Part shown: one piece after another, positions 25,161-38,637 of the stretch
Layout of the letters: every line of letters starts with the position of its first letter
How positions within the stretch are numbered: the first letter of the stretch is position 1
Origin: Pocillopora damicornis
Lineage: Eukaryota
Direction: 5' to 3'
Assembly (NCBI RefSeq): GCF_003704095.1
Contig: NW_020847472.1
Location: 372,092 to 436,000, forward strand
DNA: 63,909 bases
The notes under the pieces: model-generated
Databases searched by the model: none
Told to the model about the DNA's origin: nothing
What the model saw: only the letters and a program-made list of their open reading frames with translations
Translations under genes and position numbers: made by a program

Positions 25161-25617
25161 AAGGTTTTTGAGTAACTTTGTGGCTATTCAAAATTCTCTT
25201 GATGGATTCCGTAACACCCTACCGGAATATGAGGAATAACAGCAAAACCAGTCGCTGGTTCCTTCTCATCATTGCTACCAGTAACAACTACTAGTTACAA
25301 CTAGTAACACTCCTGATGAGAAGGAACCAGCAACTGCTTTTGCTGTTATTCCTTACATTCAGAGGGTGTTACGGAACCTATCGAGAGAATTTTGAATAGC
25401 CGCAACGTTAAAGTTGCTCAAAAACCTTTTCAGATTTAAAGGTATAGTTTTGCCAAACCTAATGATCCTGTTACGCAAGAACAACGAACCGACGCTATTT
25501 AGTCTATTCCGTGCAATTACCGTGATCACGAGTATATCGGACAGACCAAACGTCAGTTTAGTACACGTTTGAAAGAGCGTCAAAAAGCGGTCCTCTTTTG
25601 CGGAAAGGAAAATTCAA
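25161..25617 (+). mobile_element. Penelope-like retroelement remnant (GIY-YIG endonuclease region) with an inverted 5' duplication
   Basis: Degenerate translation AFAVIPYIQ/GVTEPIERILNSRNVKVAQKPF...KPNDPVTQEQRTDAI*SIPC...EYIGQTKRQFSTRLKE is typical of the PLE GIY-YIG region. 25161-25271 is the reverse complement of 25314-25427. Confidence 0.8.
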
Positions 25618-25710
25618 GAATACATGGTCGGTTGTGAGACCTGTTGTACATATCTTTTTTACATATCTTTTTTGAAGTTTGTTGTGATGCGTAAGTTATT
25701 CATCTTTGGC

Positions 25711-26694
25711 CTACTCTGCAGACGGTTTGCACACTACACTTGCAATCCCTGGCACCGTTAAACCAGACGGCGCCCTGATTTTTCGTCTTTTCCTGCACAG
25801 TATCACGTTACGCAGATGTTCTCGAAAACTCTTAATGCGCAAACTGTACACTCCAGGATTAACGCACGAGTTGAGCACAATCAGGACCTCTCCTGCGTCA
25901 TTGAACCACGGTACACCCACGCCCCAGACCATTGTGACGTGACTTATTAGGGCCGGAATCCAACAGAATGCGTAGATCGCGCTGACCACCAGCAGCGACA
26001 CAGTCACTTGTTTGCGATGGCGAAGAAGAGCCGTCTGAGAAGCTTTCAAATGTGCACTCTCAACTGGCTTGACCCACAGGCGATACGCTACTCTGGAGTA
26101 CAGGCATACCATAATGCACACGGGAACCACGCCTGCGAAAAGCATCCAAATGAGGCTGTGCGCTTTGAAGAATCTTTCGTCTATGGTGCGAAAGTTATCA
26201 TACCTCTTGCACGAGCCGGAATCGAAATAATAGTACTTGACCTCCAATAGGTCAACCATGTTGATCACAATGGAGACAAACCATGCAATGCCAATTAGTA
26301 ATTTCAGACGCCCTTTGGTAAACTTTCCTCGATGACGAAGGGGATGGATTATGGCTAAGTAACGTTCAATGGCGATGTAAACCAAAAACAAAATGGAGGC
26401 AGCAGCACCAAACCAGGCGATGTCTCCGTGTGTAAACCAAACGCACAACCAGCGTCCTGCCTCTCCCTCTGGGTGGGTTAGGTATTGAAAAAGTCCTTTC
26501 TTGAGACCAGTGGGCAAAGCGAACACCATGTCGGCCACGGCGAGGTTCACCAGTAAGTAGTTGAGTGTGGTTTGCATGGGTTTGTTCAGAAGGACAGTTA
26601 GAATGACGAGCGTGTTGCCGATCAGGGATGTGAGTACAAGGATTAAACACACCGTGTCCATAATGATGAGAGAGGCTGTCTGAGAAACGGCCAT
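25711..26694 (-). CDS. Class A GPCR, neuropeptide-receptor-like (327 aa, intronless)
   Basis: GN (TM1), NLAVAD (TM2), IAIERYLAIIHP (TM3), W (TM4), P..IM..LY (TM5), FCWIP (TM6), NSCVNPGVY (TM7) and helix 8 FREHL. Confidence 0.93.
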   Translation of the reverse strand: MAVSQTASLIIMDTVCLILVLTSLIGNTLVILTVLLNKPMQTTLNYLLVNLAVADMVFALPTGLKKGLFQYLTHPEGEAGRWLCVWFTHGDIAWFGAAASILFLVYIAIERYLAIIHPLRHRGKFTKGRLKLLIGIAWFVSIVINMVDLLEVKYYYFDSGSCKRYDNFRTIDERFFKAHSLIWMLFAGVVPVCIMVCLYSRVAYRLWVKPVESAHLKASQTALLRHRKQVTVSLLVVSAIYAFCWIPALISHVTMVWGVGVPWFNDAGEVLIVLNSCVNPGVYSLRIKSFREHLRNVILCRKRRKIRAPSGLTVPGIASVVCKPSAE

Positions 26695-26874
26695 CTTAAA
26701 ATGACGACACTCAAATTAGGTTTGCATTGATTAATTATATGCGTATTTGGTACCACGAGGAACAGTTGGAGACGAACAATCAATGTTCTTAACTTAGTCG
26801 ATCATAAATAAGATGTGATCTTAATTATAAGAAACCCTTGCACAGCGCAAACCATTCATTAGTTGTCTGTAACA

Positions 26875-27285
26875 CTTATAATAAGATACCTGAAAAAATC
26901 ACTCAGTTCTGATTGGTTAAGATAAATGCAGTTTTCAGGTAATTCAATGAAGAAGAGGGTTAATTCAGCCAGATTGAACAATTCCTTGAACTGTTTAGTT
27001 AGACTCTGAACTTTTATGCGCCTTAAAGATGTGAAAATATTATAGCATATGAATGTTTTGATCGTACGCGATTGTTTTTACCGAACGCACAATGTCATTT
27101 GCAGGGCTTGATTAAATTATTTTTGCACCTGATGCGCGCACTTTGCTTCTGCATAATTATGATAAGCTATCTCGTATTTTTTTATGCATATTAATAATAC
27201 GTAATCGCATGATTTTTCTCGTGCAATTTGATATGAATAAGCACTTGTAAATTTTTTCAAAGACAAAAATTGCACGAGCCTGTGA

Positions 27286-27316
<31 letters not shown>

Positions 27317-27372
27317 ATTCACTCGTGCTTATTTATTCCAAATTGCACTCGAAATCATGTGATTACCTATAC
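26875..27372. mobile_element. Probable non-autonomous DNA transposon with an internal palindrome
   Basis: Internal hairpin aaaattgcacgagcc-tgtga-ggctcgtgcaatttt with flanking inverted arms. The end cactcgaaatcatgtgattacctat resembles a common cnidarian repeat (recollection). Confidence 0.5.
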
Positions 27373-29059
27373 TAAATGCATAAGAGAGATCACAAACTTA
27401 TGCATGATAATAAAATCCAAAAAAACACACATTGGAAATCCCACAAACACAAATGATATATTTTTAAAAAATTTAACCTAACAAATAAGATTGTCACAAA
27501 CAAATGTTTTGAAAATATAACTTTTAAACTTCTTTTTAGTACAAAGTATGAACACCGTTCTATTTCAGAATTTCTGATGTAATGTATTACCACAATCTTG
27601 GGACACACTTGGGAAATGCTAAGTCCCCATGAGATTTAGTTTGAGAAAGTTTTTGGAAAATGAGTCTTTGAGAATCTGAACGAAGTGCGGCATCTATGAA
27701 TATTTACTTACGGTTTGAGGCGTTGCACTCAGTGGCAGGTGTGGTTTTTTCGTCTCATGCGAGAAACCAACAAGAGAAACGCAAAATTCTCTTCATCAGG
27801 ATAGTATCGCTTGGAAATCACTGTGCGGAAGATAAAAGCTCTAGATAAAAGTGCAGTTTTACAAGGCTGTAGAAAAAAGAAATGCTGTCATAGATAAGAA
27901 GACGTTAGGTTGGAAAGCTTGAATTTTCGTGATTATTGATTTTTTAAAGTTTTTTTTGTTGGACAGCCAAACATATGACAGTCGACTTAATTAAACTCAA
28001 AGCAATCATACGTATACAAGAAGGAAAAAAAATAAACAAACACGTAATGAGTTTTGTCATCGCGTTTCCCTTCCCATACTGCCCTTTAATAACAATTATA
28101 ACACCTTGAATTGACCATTTGTGGTTGGAAAGAGATTGAAATATGGTATGATTTTAAAATTGTCTAACTCATGCTTGAACGTTCCTTTTCATTTAAAATT
28201 TTCAGGGATATCGAGGTATTTTCTGTTTGACTTACATATCCTATTGATTGTGTTTAAGCAGCTGCATGTTCTGTACTCAAGCAATATAGNNNNNNNNNNN
28301 NNNNNNNNNNNNNNNNNNNNNNNNNNNNNNNNNNNNNNNNNNNNNNNNNNNNNNNNNNNNNNNNNNNNNNNNNNNNNNNNNNNNNNNNNGAGGAGACGAT
28401 AGTTATTGGTTCGATTTGCCTTTTCATAATAACCTGATAATTTCTTTTTCCAAATATTTCTGCCAAAAAACTTAGCCCTATCATTGTTATCCAGTCGTTT
28501 CGAAGCCCTAGTCATTTCATGCTAAATTTCAGTCNNNNNNNNNNNNNNNNNNNNNNNNNNNNNNNNNNNNNNNNNNNNNNNNNNNNNNNNNNNNNNNNNN
28601 NNNNNNNNNNNNNNNNNNNNNNNNNNNNNNNNNNNNNNNNNNNNNNNNNNNNNNNNNNNNNNNNNNNNNNNNNNNNNNNNNNNNNNNNNNNNNNNNNNNN
28701 NNNNNNNNNNNNNNNNNNNNNNNNNNNNNNNNNNNNNNNNNNNNNNNNNNNNNNNNNNNNNNNNNNNNNNNNNNNNNNNNNNNNNNNNNNNNNNNNNNNN
28801 NNNNNNNNNNNNNNNNNNNNNNNNNNNNNNNNNNNNNNNNNNNNNNNNNNNNNNNNNNNNNNNNNNNNNNNNNNNNNNNNNNNNNNNNNNNNNNNNNNNN
28901 NNNNNNNNNNNNNNNNNNNNNNNNNNNNNNNNNNNNNNNNNNNNNNNNNNNNNNNNNNNNNNNNNNNNNNNNNNNNNNNNNNNNNNNNNNNNNNNNNNNN
29001 NNNNNNNNNNNNNNNATTATCATGCTATACTCTCACCGACGCAACACCACAGTTTCTGT

Positions 29060-29160
29060 CGGTAACCGGTCGTTTTGCCTACGGGCCGTTTCGCCTACCT
29101 CCTGTTCGCCTACGTCTAGAGTCGGTTCGCCTACGTCCAATATGTCAGTTCGCCTACGAT
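29060..29160. repeat. Five short GTTCGCCTAC-like direct repeats, probably transposon subterminal repeats
   Basis: ttttgcctac, tttcgcctac and gttcgcctac x3, with 5-14-nt spacers, interrupting the palindromic repeat. Confidence 0.6.
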
Positions 29161-29696
29161 TCATATGTCAAAACTGAATTATTTAAATGTCCTTGTTAAT
29201 CCTCGGAGAAAAACTTAGTATTAAGATGAAAAAAACCACCGTTTACGNNNNNNNNNNNNNNNNNNNNNNNNNNNNNNNNNNNNNNNNNNNNNNNNNNNNN
29301 NNNNNNNNNNNNNNNNNNNNNNNNNNNNNNNNNNNNNNNNNNNNNNNNNNNNNNNNNNNNNNNNNNNNNNNNNNNNNNNNNNNNNNNNNNNNNNNNNNNN
29401 NNNNNNNNNNNNNNNNNNNNNNNNNNNNNNNNNNNNNNNNNNNNNNNNNNNNNNNNNNNNNNNNNNNNNNNNNNNNNNNNNNNNNTGTGACTTGAGCGGC
29501 CTATACTAAAGAATGTGAGACTTTTCATAACCATATCATTCAAAACGACCTGGTACTTATGAAATTAGCTCGTTCCCATTTTACTTCCTGGTTCAANNNN
29601 NNNNNNNNNNNNNNNNNNNNNNNNNNNNNNNNNNNNNNNNNNNNNNNNNNNNNNNNNNNNNNNNNNNNNNNNNNNNNNNNNNNNNNNNNNNNNNNN

Positions 29697-31860
29697 TGAA
29701 CAAAATCTTACTACGTTAACTCGGACGGAATGACGCGAAAGAGGCCATACAAAAGTAAGAGGGAACGAGGATGGCCGAGAATTGAAAACATTTAAAACCA
29801 TTTTGAAATGACAAAAATTGAATATTTCAGGCTCAATTTTCAGCATGGATAAAATGAACGTGGATGCCACAGTTGCGTGGGGTACTGTGGCGTGAATATT
29901 TAACTAATACACAGCTTTTTTTCCGATTGTAAAGTACAACTATACAAGGAAATCATTTCCCTGTATCTTGAGGTCTAAGAAGAGTAATTTAATCGATTTA
30001 AGTCGCAGAAATTTAGATCGAAACCGCATCCGATAGCAAGGTCATTTAATCGACACTGAGTGTAAAAAGTTTAAAAGCTGTCCGTGGTTACAAATAGTAC
30101 AGTCGTTGTTTACCTGCTGCATATTCAAACAGTACACCTAGAGCGCTGCCGGCTTCTCGAACGTACTTCGGATACATGCAACGAAGAATGGTCTGCTTCC
30201 GTGTTCAAATTTGGTGTGGTTGAGGTATGACAGGATATTTTGAGTGATTTTTTGATGTGTTAAACCACTGACTTCCTTTTAATGAACGCTTTGAACAAAA
30301 TCTTACTTCGTTAACTCGGACGGAATGATGCGAAAGAGGCCATACAAAAGCAAGAGGGAACGAGGATGGCTGAGAATTGAAAACATTTAAAACCATTTTG
30401 AAATGACAAAAATTGAATATTTCAGGCTCAATTTTCAGCATGGATGAAATGAACGTGGATGCCACAGTTGCGTGGGATATTATAGGTTCCGGTTCTCTAG
30501 ATTGGAAAGAAATTTATTCGAGTAAAGCAAACTCGCAGAAATTTCAAGCGAAGCACGGTCGATGAAAGCGAGGTCGTTTGATCAACACTTGTTGAGTGGA
30601 TGTCAATATTTCTTTCATGTTGCATAACGATATATTGACGACTGAACTGAACTAACTCCGTGCCCGCCATTAATATGGAAAGAGATTTACTGGAGTAGAG
30701 CTACGAAAATTCCGCCCGTAGCAGAATTCATTGAAAAAAGTTTTGGAAAGCTGTGCGTGAATATTTAACTAATACACAGCTTTTTTTCCGATTGTAAAGT
30801 ACAATTATACAAGGAAATCATTTCGCTGTATCTTGAGGTCTAAGAAGAGTAATTTAATCGATTTAAGTCGCAGAAATTTAGGTCGAAACCGCATCCGATA
30901 GCAAGGTCATTTAATCGACACTGAGTGTAAAAAGTTTAAAAAGCTGTCCGTGGTTACAAATAGTACAGTTGTTGTTTACCTGCTGCATATTCAAACAGTA
31001 CACATAGCGCGCTGCCGGCTTCTCGAACGTACTTCGGATACATGCAACGAGGAATGGTCTGCTTCCGTGTTCAAATTTGGCGTGCTTGAGCTATGACAGG
31101 AAAATTTGAGTGATTTTTTGATGTGTTAAACCACTGACTTCCTTTTAATGAACGCTTTGAACAAAATCTTACTACGTTAACTCGAACGGAATGACGCGAA
31201 AGAGGCCATACAAAAGCAAGAGGGAACGAGGATGGCCGAGAATTGAGAACATTTAAAACCATTTTGAAATGACAAAAATTGGATATTTCAGGCTCAATTT
31301 TCAGCATGGATAAAATGTAAGTGGATGCCACAGTTGCGTGGGGTACTGTACGTTCCGGTTCTCTAGATTGGAAAGAAATTTACTCGAGTAAAGCAAACTC
31401 GCAGAAATTTCAAGCGAAGCACGGTCGATGAAAGCGAGGTCGTTTGATCAACACTTGTTGTGTAGATGTCAATATTTCTTTCATGTTGCATAACAATATA
31501 TGGACGACTGAACTGAACTAACTCCGTGCCCGCCATTAAAATGGAAAGAGATTTACTGGAGTAGAGCTACGAAAATTCCGCCCGTAGCAGAATTCATTGA
31601 AAAAAGGGTTGGAAAGCTGTGCGTGAATATTTAACTAATACACAGCTTTTTTTCCGATTGTAAAGTACAATTATACAAGGAAATCATTTCGCTGTATCTT
31701 GAGATCTAAGAAGAGTAATTTAATCGATTTAAGCCGCAGAAATTTAGGTCGAAACCGCATCTGATAGCAAGGTCATTTAATTGACATTGAGTGTAAAAGT
31801 TTAAAAAGCTGTCCGTGGTTAAAAATAGTACAGTCGTTATTTACCTGCTGCATATTCAAA
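29697..31860. repeat. Tandem array of a ~866-bp unit (about 2.3 copies plus a partial copy)
   Basis: The anchor gcgtgaatatttaactaatacacagc occurs at ~29890, 30755 and 31621. Reverse-strand copies lie at ~45310-45440, 51300-51900 and 54157-54935. Confidence 0.88.
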
Positions 31861-33643
31861 CATCCACTTCTCTTTCCTACTGTAACTGACAGCCCATTAA
31901 AATGGAAAGAAATTCACTAGAGTCGCACAAATTTGAGTCCTAACCACTTGCGAAGTGAGGGAAAGCAAAATCCGTAAATACAAAGAGCACAATCAGCGTT
32001 TCTTTGCTATTGCACAACTAAATAGTCTGAATATTTGGCATCAATATTATACTCAAAGATAAGATTTTGATCTCGAGATTTCTATCGAGTGATGGTTGAA
32101 AAGGTAGAAGCGGCCCGAATCAGCCATTGCGCCTATTAAAAATAGCGAATAATTAATTGTTTTAGTACAAGCCTTCTTAAAAACTAAACAAAATGACAGG
32201 TTAATTTTTTTGTCACGTTTTGTTTACAACCAAATACTGTCGAGCTACACACACATTATTACGGAGTAAATATCGAGTAGCGTAGCCAATCAGATCGCAG
32301 TACTTGAGAACGCAAGTAGATTTCTACTAACTGAATATAGAAGCCAATCAAATAATGGCTCTTTCGCTAACACTGAGAAATTATACCCATGTATTGCATG
32401 ATATATCAAAACCTTACCTGCACGTGATCAGACAGTGACGTAATATCAGAGAGGGATAAGAAAAACAAAAACCAAAACCACATTAGGCGTCATCTTTTTA
32501 TTAAACGTTTACTTCATTTCATATTTCATATTTCTTTTTTTTTATTATAAGGCAGAGTATCTTTTTAATACAAATGAAATTTTTCATGAAAGGGGAAATA
32601 ACTTTGCAATATCAGAACAAGGTACGTATATTGGTCATTGTTAGATAGTGGTGTGAGGAGCGAAAAGGAACTTTCGAAAGCAATCGGCACTTTATNNNNN
32701 NNNNNNNNNNNNNNNNNNNNNNNNNNNNNNNNNNNNNNNNNNNNNNNNNNNNNNNNNNNNNNNNNNNNNNNNNNNNNNNNNNNNNNNNNNNNNNNATTCA
32801 CATCTCTTTCTTACTGCAACCGACAGTCCATTAAAACGGAAAGAAATTCACTCAAGTCGCACAAATTTAAGTCTAAACCACTTGCGAAGGGAGGGAAAGC
32901 AAAATCCGTAAATACATAGAGCACAATCAGCGTTTCTTTGCTATTACATAACTAAATAGTCTGAATATTTGGCATCAATATTATACTCAAAGATAAGATT
33001 TTGATCTCGAGATTTCTATCGAGTGATGGTTGAAAAGGTAGAAGCGGCCCGAATCAGCCATTGCGCATATTAAAAATAGCGAATAATTAATTGTTTTAGT
33101 ACAAGCCTTCTTAAAAACTAAACAAAATGACAGCTTAATTTTTTTGTCATGTTTTGTTTACAACCAAACACTGTCGGGCTACACACACGTTATTACGGAT
33201 TAAATATCGAGTAGCGTAGCCAATCAGATCGCAGTATTTGAGAACGCGAGTAGATTTCTACTTACTGAATATAGAAGCCAATCAAATAATGGCTCTTTCG
33301 TTAACACTGAGAAATTATACCCACGTATTGCGTGATATATCAAAACCTTACCTGAACGTGATCAGACTAACGTAATATCAGAGAGGGATAAAAAAAACAA
33401 AAACTAAAACCACATTAAGCGTCATCTTTTTATTAAACGTTTACTTCATTTCATATTTTGTTACGAGTCCTTAAGAAATAGCTGAGAAGTTCTTATGAGG
33501 CAGAGTTTTTTTTTAATGTAAATGAAATCTTTCATGAAGGGGGAAATAACTTTGCAGTATCAGAACAAGGTACGTATATTGGTCATTGGTAGATAGTGGT
33601 GTGAGGAGAGAAAAGGAACTTTCGAAAGCAATCGGCACTTTAT
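31860..33643. repeat. ~840-bp direct duplication either side of the 100-N gap at 32696-32795
   Basis: 31860-32695 aligns with 32796-33643. A reverse copy lies at ~50635-51295. Confidence 0.85.
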
Positions 33644-34679
33644 TGGCTCTACTTTCTATCGATGTCTATTAGCTAACATAAGTGTACCTAACTGAAAGGT
33701 TTTACAACAGAAATGAAAACGACTGCGCGCTGATGGGGTTGCATTCATTCTAGGTAAATAATCCTGAATTGTTTATCACGTGTGAAGTACTAACTCGTCT
33801 TCCTTTCTATGGTGAATTAGTAATTTCCTTCCCTTTCCCATTTCCTTCTCTTTGTTCTGAATGTGTGTTATAATAACTTTACCTTTTTTATTGACACTCA
33901 ATCGGAAAGATCTCTGTACGACAAAACTGCACACCTTGGCTTCAATTTAATTACGAGGTTTCTGTGTACAGGAAACAGAAGAAGATTAAAATCCTTTTCA
34001 ACAGATATTGCTTTTCAGTACCCCGTAAGAATACTTAAAACGAACACTTTTATGTTTCATGGTCCCCTAACAGTTTTAATCAAAATAAATTGCATTCTCC
34101 TTTTTGCGTGGGAGGATTGAAATTTAGTTTTGAAATCAAAACTATATTGCTTGAGTACAGAACATGCAGCTGCTTAAACACAATCAATAGGATATACCAA
34201 TCAAGCAGAAAATACCTTGATATCCCTGAAAATATTTAATGAAATTTATTTCCTAAAAAAATGTTATCTTTTTTTTTACAACCGGAGAGGATTCGTTTGG
34301 TTGGCATTACTCACAGACATATCTTGGAAAAGATTACGTAGAGGGCTAAGCAGCTGAACTAAAACCGAGTTAAGTTTCCTTAAATTAGCCCAAACAATTC
34401 AAACGATCCAAGAGAACAACCACTTTAGTGGAGTCAATTGATCCTTACTCAAAACTAGACCAGATCTTTTAAAGATTGAAAGCGCGAATGTTCATTTCCA
34501 TGCAAATCCTTATATTTCACCCAATGCGCAAAGTAAACATATTTGCATATTCACAGAGTTTCCAATGGTTCCGCAGTCTGCTGATCCGCAGTTCAATTTT
34601 TCAATTTCCTATTTAGAAACCCAACCATTTTACATATAATATATATATGTATATCTCCCTTTTTTTTTTTCGTACCAAC

Positions 34680-36440
34680 GAGCTCAGTATAGCCACATAG
34701 AAAAGGATGATTGGCCCTACAGGAAATACTACGTAAACAGGCTACTTATACCGAATCTTTCATTCTCCGCGACCTTCGATTTCTGGAAGGTTGTCGTGCA
34801 TTACTTGTTGAAGTGTTACCTTCATATGCACAGTTCATGTTTACTGCCCGGGTTATATACTTCTTATTTTATGCTTGAGCAGTCAGCTATTACCGTGACT
34901 CTTGCAGACTGCGCTAAATTACAAAAAGAATTAAAAATAGAACTCAATTGAAGGTGGATTATTTATTTTACTTATTATGCTTTTCACGAAATATATTCTT
35001 TAGTAAGCAGTTTCGATATGTTCATATTAACCTGCCGAAAACCACTGACACACGAGCAGAAGAAGCTAACATTACGTAAGAAGCGTCGTCGTTTTTTGCC
35101 TGTAAAGCTATGCACCGGTAAGGTAAATATTTTTCTTTATTGTGAGTTTATTTGTAAATTTTCGCTCTCTAATATGTATTTTCCTACTCGTGTTTAGGTC
35201 AATAGAGGCGTTTTTGTAAAGAAATTAAAACAGTGAGCGGTCTAAAACAGGGAATTTCCCGTTGAAATGAGCTAGAAACAGAGTTTTCTTAAAAGAAAAA
35301 AAAATAGGAAAAATTGTTTGGGCTACATCTTCTATGTTGGAACGAAAACAGTGAGCGGAATCGAAATTGAGAGTTCTTTTCAATCTGGGTGTTAAGTTTC
35401 TCTCAAAACATATTGAGCTTTTCCAATTTTCTATGTACGAACTCGGCCATAATACAGGCTTAAGCAAGATGGAACATCTATTTTCAGAATAATTATCAAC
35501 AAATTTCGCCGTGTGTTCGTCCATTAGCCCGGAGCCGTTGTGTTAGTTACTTAAAACACTGACAAATGAGAACTGAATGTTTTCGAACCGAGAAAAAGCT
35601 GAGAATGTAGTTTGGAAGCAGCTTCCCTTTTTCAGTTAACGACGATTGTCAACCATTCGGCGGCTGTAGCATTTCTCAAGACTGCAGGTATTTCGCTAAG
35701 GATACTCGAGCCGCGAAAATGAGCTTAATCGACTTCTAACAATGAAAGGGTAAAAACCAGTTGCAACGACCATTGGCGAGGCCTCCCCAAAAAACTTTGT
35801 TTTCATATGTAAGTATCCACAAGAAGTTATCATAATACTGGTTCACGTATATCTTCTTTTTTCTTCAATGCAGCATTTAAAGCAAAGCAAATTAGGTTTC
35901 CTGTACTGAAGAGGTCTACCGTAAAGAAGGAATGAAGCACATATCAACGGGTTCAGTAGCCACAAGGAAAAGGATGATTGACCCTACAGGAAATACGGCT
36001 TAACTTAGGCTACTAATACCGACCAATTAGGTACAATTGCACTAAAACACTTCATATACTTACAGCATGATAAGAAGAAAAGGGCTGCAAACCCAAAAAC
36101 CGGTGCCAACTCCTTCATTTTCCGCGACTTGCGATTTCTAAAAGGTGATCGAACCTTACTTGTTGATGTGTTAGCTTCCTATGAACAGTTCATGTTTACT
36201 AACCAGGTTACATAGTTCTTATTTCATGCATGCACAGTTAGCTATTACCCGTGACTCTTGTAGATTGCGCTTTATCTTAAAATTAATTAAAAATAGAACT
36301 TAGTTGAAGGTGGAATATCTATTTTATTTTATTTTGTTTTTCACGAAATATATTCTTTATTAGGCAGTTTCAATACGTTCACCCTGACCTGTACGAATAT
36401 CACTGACACACGTGCAGTAAAAAGCCAGCATTACGTATCA
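34680..36440. repeat. Diverged direct duplication (~34680-35080 vs ~35950-36440)
   Basis: Shared blocks gaaaaggatgattg.ccctacaggaaatac, cagttcatgtttact, and tttcacgaaatatattcttta. Confidence 0.7.
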
Positions 36441-37149
36441 AGCGTGATATGACTATTTTACGAACCTCAAACAGTTCAACTCATTTTCAAACGAGCATGA
36501 CAGTTGATATAACAGTGAACCCTTTTTTTTCTGTGGACTGAGCAACAAAGTATATTGACTGACAGACAAACCTCCCAATATCATCAAGCCCTTTATGTTA
36601 CACTGAGGTGGCTTTACACACAGAAACATTTTCGTGACAATTGCAACGTTTAGATTATAGTGTGTCATACGATACGGATTTGTGGTGCAACTGTATCCTC
36701 GAGGAATAAAGTTTACACTATTTACGAATACTTGTCGGAGACAAGTGAGGAGAGGACAGTTATTAGTTCGTTTTCTTCTTTTCATAATAACTTGATGACT
36801 TTTTTTTTTTTAATTTTCGGCAAAAAAATTTAACCCTATCGTTGTTATCCAGTCGTTTCTTACCCTTAGTCATTTCATACTAAATTTCAGTCCATTCGTT
36901 CCCATTTTGAGTCGGTTCCTACCAGAACCAGAGAACCACTGATTCTTATACCCGTCCCAATATACATTCATTCTAAATATCTCAAGCGCGAGTGCGTGAA
37001 AAGGTGCTGATTGTTGCGTGCGACAAGCCAAGTCAGTGGAGTCAAGCGAGTGAGTGTGTGATGAAAAACACTAAGAGCTCAGTGGTCACAGCGATAAGAC
37101 GACAAATGAATGAAGGGGTTAACAGTCTGGGGATTAGAACTTTAGATTC

Positions 37150-37600
37150 TGGAATCAGGACTTTAGAAGAACTTACGATCTTATTTCATAGCTTAATTAT
37201 GCCTGTATTTACAAACGCAATTGAAGTATGGGCATATGCTTATAGTGGTATATTCTGCAAGCGAGCATGGAAATATGGCTACGCTAGGGAGTGCAGTATG
37301 TAATTCAAATTAGCGATAAACAACTATGGAAAAAAATCACAGCTACAGATACACATTGTTTAACAGATCTTCTACCGAAAAAACCTACATATCAGTCTTT
37401 ACATCAACGTGGTCTTGACTATATGCTACCACGCTTTAAGAGCTGCTTTTTAAATAGATCTCTTTTTAACTTTATCAAGTTTAATGTTTGTAAAGAAAGT
37501 TATACTTTTTAGATAACTCCCCTTTTGTTGTATTATAAACTTGCACGTATGTCTGCAAGTATTTGATTTATTAATAAAGATTTAATCAATCAATTAATCA
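37150..37600 (+). mobile_element. Degenerate 3' end of a LINE (CR1/L2/Rex-group ORF2 C-terminus)
   Basis: Broken frames LTILFHSLIMPVFT.AIEVW...KRAWKYGY / HCLTDLLP...RG.DYMLP..FKSCFLNRSLF, followed by AATAAA and an (AATC)n-like tail. Confidence 0.65.
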
Positions 37601-38325
37601 GATATCAGATTTAATAACCACGTGACGTCACAACATGGCGACCATTTCGGAAATCGAAGTTTTTTGTAGCCAATTCGAAATGTTCGCTGTTTATCCGTTG
37701 TTACTCGCCGTATGTACCAACAATTCTATTGGAAATAGGTGAATAGATACTGATCTCGGCGTGTATTCAAATTGGTGGTCATCAAGGAGTGATAGGGGTT
37801 AAATATCTAAAGAAAATGTGGTGCTCTGTCGGTGAGGGTTTTTACAAGATATCATCAACTCAGTTGAAAAACCAAATTATCTTGTTATATCCTCACCGAC
37901 GCAACACCACAGTTGCCTCTCAAACTATGTTGAGCTCTATCAAATTTTTAGGGTAGAAACCAAGCCATCATATACAGGCCTAAACAATTACGCAACTTTG
38001 ATTGAAAATTAATCAATAATTATTTAATAGTTATTTAATCAAGTGTTATTTAAAGGGTTATTTAAGAAAACTAAAGGGATAATCTAAAATTGCTTTTCGT
38101 AAACGACAATAATGAAAAAAACCGAACGAAAATTTCACAGCTAATTTTCAAAAAAAGGCAAGCTCTTTCAGGTTTTTTTAGTCAGAAAGTTGCATTTTGT
38201 AAAAATATCATTCATGACTCAATGTTCTTTCATGGTTTCTTTCTAGTTTAAATTTACCTCGAGCTCTTCGAACAGAATTACAGCAAAATGGAAACGACGG
38301 CCTGAGACACGCGTTTGATGATGGC

Positions 38326-38637
38326 TAGCCTGCCGAGCAGGTGTAATTTTGGCGAGCGAGTGTTCAGCAGTTCAGTATTTTCTTAGTGAAAATTATAGCT
38401 GCCATCTTTAATTCTTACAGCAGCAAAAAATAGGGGAGAGAAAGCAATTTGAATCAAAGGGATAGCGACGGTCAAAAGTAAGGAGAAGGAAGGTGATGAG
38501 AAATTGAAATTTTCCGCCTTTTCCCGTCCCCTAGCCCCACCGTATACTCTAGCTAGAAATTAAATATAGCTGGTCAAATAAACGATCGCCAGCTTATTAC
38601 GTTACTCGCTCTAATAAGACGACAGCTCCGCAGGCTA
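38326..38637. mobile_element. MITE with TAGCCTGC...GCAGGCTA termini
   Basis: Perfect 8-bp terminal inverted repeat of the same type as 18691-18944. No clear TSD. Confidence 0.55.

Noticed and set aside
29060-29160. CRISPR-like repeat/spacer pattern
   Set aside because: The repeats are only ~10 nt, the spacers are short and irregular, the context is eukaryotic and there are no cas genes.
29565-31331. Recurrent 86-aa ORF MASTFI...
   Set aside because: It starts at GTG, recurs only because of the 866-bp repeat, and the frame is broken in the copies at 51671 and 54674.
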